Origin: Octopus bimaculoides
Lineage: Eukaryota
Reading direction: 5' to 3'
Assembly (NCBI RefSeq): GCF_001194135.2
Contig: NC_069006.1
Span: 4,834,918-4,871,541 of the forward strand
Length of the DNA: 36,624 nucleotides
Positions 34,872 to 36,624 of the stretch are shown here, piece by piece. The notes beneath the pieces were generated by a model. It ran no database searches, was not told the DNA's origin, and saw only the letters and a list, made by a program, of their open reading frames with translations. Position 1 is the stretch's first letter. Each line of letters opens with the position of its first letter. Position numbers and translations under genes: made by a program.

Positions 34872-35120
34872 TATTCTATATTTTTGAGACGATGAATTGT
34901 GTACCTTATTTACAATGGACAGATAGGTGTCCTGGTCTTGTTTGTTATTATCACAACGTTTCGGTTGATGTACTCTCTGGTCTTCATCAGGTGTTCTGGT
35001 GGAATTTCAACCCAACCCTTTATTTGACTTATGGGGTACACTGTTCCCATTCCTAAGGTACGTTGTTGATGTTATTTTTTCCTATTAATATTATTTTTGA
35101 AGTCCCTGGCTGGGATTGAA
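34872..35120 (-). mobile_element. Hammerhead SINE copy 3, 5'-truncated at the B box; hammerhead 34950-34995 has a broken stem II
   Basis: Reverse complement of copy 4. CTGATGA and GAAACGTTGTGAT are retained but stem II reads gaccag/caacc. Confidence 0.8.
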
Positions 35121-35121
35121 T

Positions 35122-35385
35122 GGGAATGTAGCATAGTGGATAAGAGCACGGACTACTAACCCTCAGATTCTAAGTTCAATCCCAGTCAGGGACTTGAAAA
35201 ATAACATCAGCAACATACCTTAAGAATGAGAATAGTGCACCCCATTGGTCAAATAAAGGGTTGGGTTCGAAATTCCACCAGAACACCTGATGAAGGCTGG
35301 AGAGTACATTAGCTGAAATGTTGTGATAAGATGAGGGCACCTATCTGTCCGTCCATTGTAATTAAAGTACCAACCTTGTTGTTTA
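35122..35385 (+). mobile_element. Hammerhead SINE copy 4 with a full tRNA-like head; hammerhead 35282-35327
   Basis: A box TAGCATAGTGG, B box GTTCAATCC. CTGATGA at 35287-35293, stem II ggctg/tagct held by wobbles, then GAAATGTTGTGAT. Confidence 0.82.
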
Positions 35386-35588
35386 ACTAAATTCTTCATT
35401 ATTTTCAAAATTAATTGAAATGAACGCAAGCAGGTTATTTCAACAAAAATCCTCACCATCATCATCATTTAGTGTCCATTTTCCATGCTGACATGATGTT
35501 AACAGAAAAGTTAAAACAAAATTTCATAACATGCAAATCGACAGAAGAAAGAAATCAAATTTCAAAAATACGGAAAGTCTTTTTTTAC

Positions 35589-35742
35589 TTGTGTTCTGAA
35601 GAGATTGTCCATAGGAAACCATCAACAGCGCTTTCTGTTTCTCAGTGCCCAGTTTGTTGGAAGCATCAAGAATTGCCTTGAAGAATTCTGAGGCAGCCTC
35701 AGGGTAACACAGATTGATGATGCTACGAGCTTCCACAGCAAC
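35589..35742 (-). CDS. TPR-repeat protein, most upstream exon visible (VAVEARSIINLCYPEAASEFFKAILDASNKLGTEKQKALLMVSYGQSLQNT), phase 0 to 1
   Basis: Acceptor ttttattttcctatatag| and donor A|gtaaaa. The 154 nt are open and helical/TPR-like. The exon linking it to 30156 was not found, so membership of the same gene is inferred. Confidence 0.75.
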
Positions 35743-35777
35743 CTATATAGGAAAATAAAAGTAATAATGTAATAATA

Positions 35778-36330
35778 ATCATCATCATCATTTAACGCCC
35801 GCTTTCCATGCTAGCATGGGTTGGACGATTTGACTGAGGACTAGTGAAACCAGATGGCTACACCAGGCTCCAATCTGATCTGGCAGAGTTTCTACAGCTG
35901 GATGCCCTTCCTAACGCTAACCACTCCGAGAGTGTAGTGGGTGTTTTTACGTGCCACCGGCACGAATGCCAGTCAGGCGGTACTGGCAACAGCCACGCTC
36001 AAAATGGTGTATTTTACGTGCAACCTGCACAGGAGCCAGTCCAGCGGCACTGGCAACGATCTCGCTCGAATGTCTTTACACATGCCAGGAAGGCGATGGT
36101 GCCATCACGATTTCGCTTTCGCTTGCCCCAACAGGTCTTCGCAAGCAGAGTTTCGTGTCCAATGAAGCAGACGATGTTGGCATGGGTGCCAGTTGTCGAG
36201 TTTAGTTTGATTTCGATTTCACTTGCCTCAACGGGTCTTTGAAAGCAGAGTTTAGTGTCCAATGAAGGAAGGTACGCATAAGTGGGCTGGCTACACCCCA
36301 GGCAGAGGCCTTGGATTTAGGTCTCACTTA
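35778..36330 (-). mobile_element. RTE LINE 3' UTR copy, truncated at about the stop codon
   Basis: Colinear with 31316-31895. Confidence 0.85.
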
Positions 36331-36344
36331 ATAATAATAATAAA

Positions 36345-36565
36345 TGGTTTCAAATTTTGACTCAACGGTAGGATATTTTTGAGGGAGGGGACGAGTCGAT
36401 TACATCAATCCCCAGTATTCAACTGGTACTTAATTTATCGACCCCCAAAAGGATGAAAGGCAAAGTTGACCTTGGTGGAATTTGAACTCAGAACATGAAG
36501 ACAGATTAAATACTGTTAAGTATTTCACCCAACTTGCTAACGGTTCTGCCAGCTTATCACCTTTT
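36345..36565 (-). mobile_element. Meta/MESC-like SINE
   Basis: Same consensus as the other copies. Confidence 0.78.
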
Positions 36566-36624
36566 TAATAATAATAATGATATTCTGCTGAGGAAATTCA
36601 TTATAAATATTAACCTTATTCATT

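Noticed and set aside
35122-35195. Functional tRNA gene (also 1035-1092 and 13245-13314)
   Set aside because: The acceptor and T stems are imperfect, the ACT anticodon is non-standard, and each head continues into the same repeat body, so these are SINE heads.

Overview
This is AT-rich, repeat-dense, gapped eukaryotic DNA. The repeat families suggest an octopus or other cephalopod (inference from memory of such families, no database search). Most of the window is introns of one minus-strand gene. At least 11 exons from 35742 down to the stop at 8360 encode a TPR-repeat protein with KLC/nephrocystin-type 'HPxTAxxxxNIG' units, ending in a ~690-aa low-complexity exon with 27/30-aa tandem repeats. 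At least one linking exon was not found. The introns hold several tRNA-derived SINE families, many 5'-truncated RTE LINE ends, MITEs, microsatellites, and a decayed D,D34D mariner nested in a mariner MITE nested in a tandem repeat. The most interesting signal is RNA-level: two unrelated repeat families carry minimal type I hammerhead ribozyme motifs. One is a tRNA-headed SINE-like element (4 copies, two forming a ~500-bp head-to-head hairpin). The other is a 343-bp-period direct-repeat element resembling a retrozyme or Penelope pseudo-LTR (2 copies). Other leads are a CCAAT/GC/TATA cluster inside an intron and a phase-perfect exon with non-canonical splice sites. Repeat boundaries are read by eye and approximate; exon boundaries were phase-checked.
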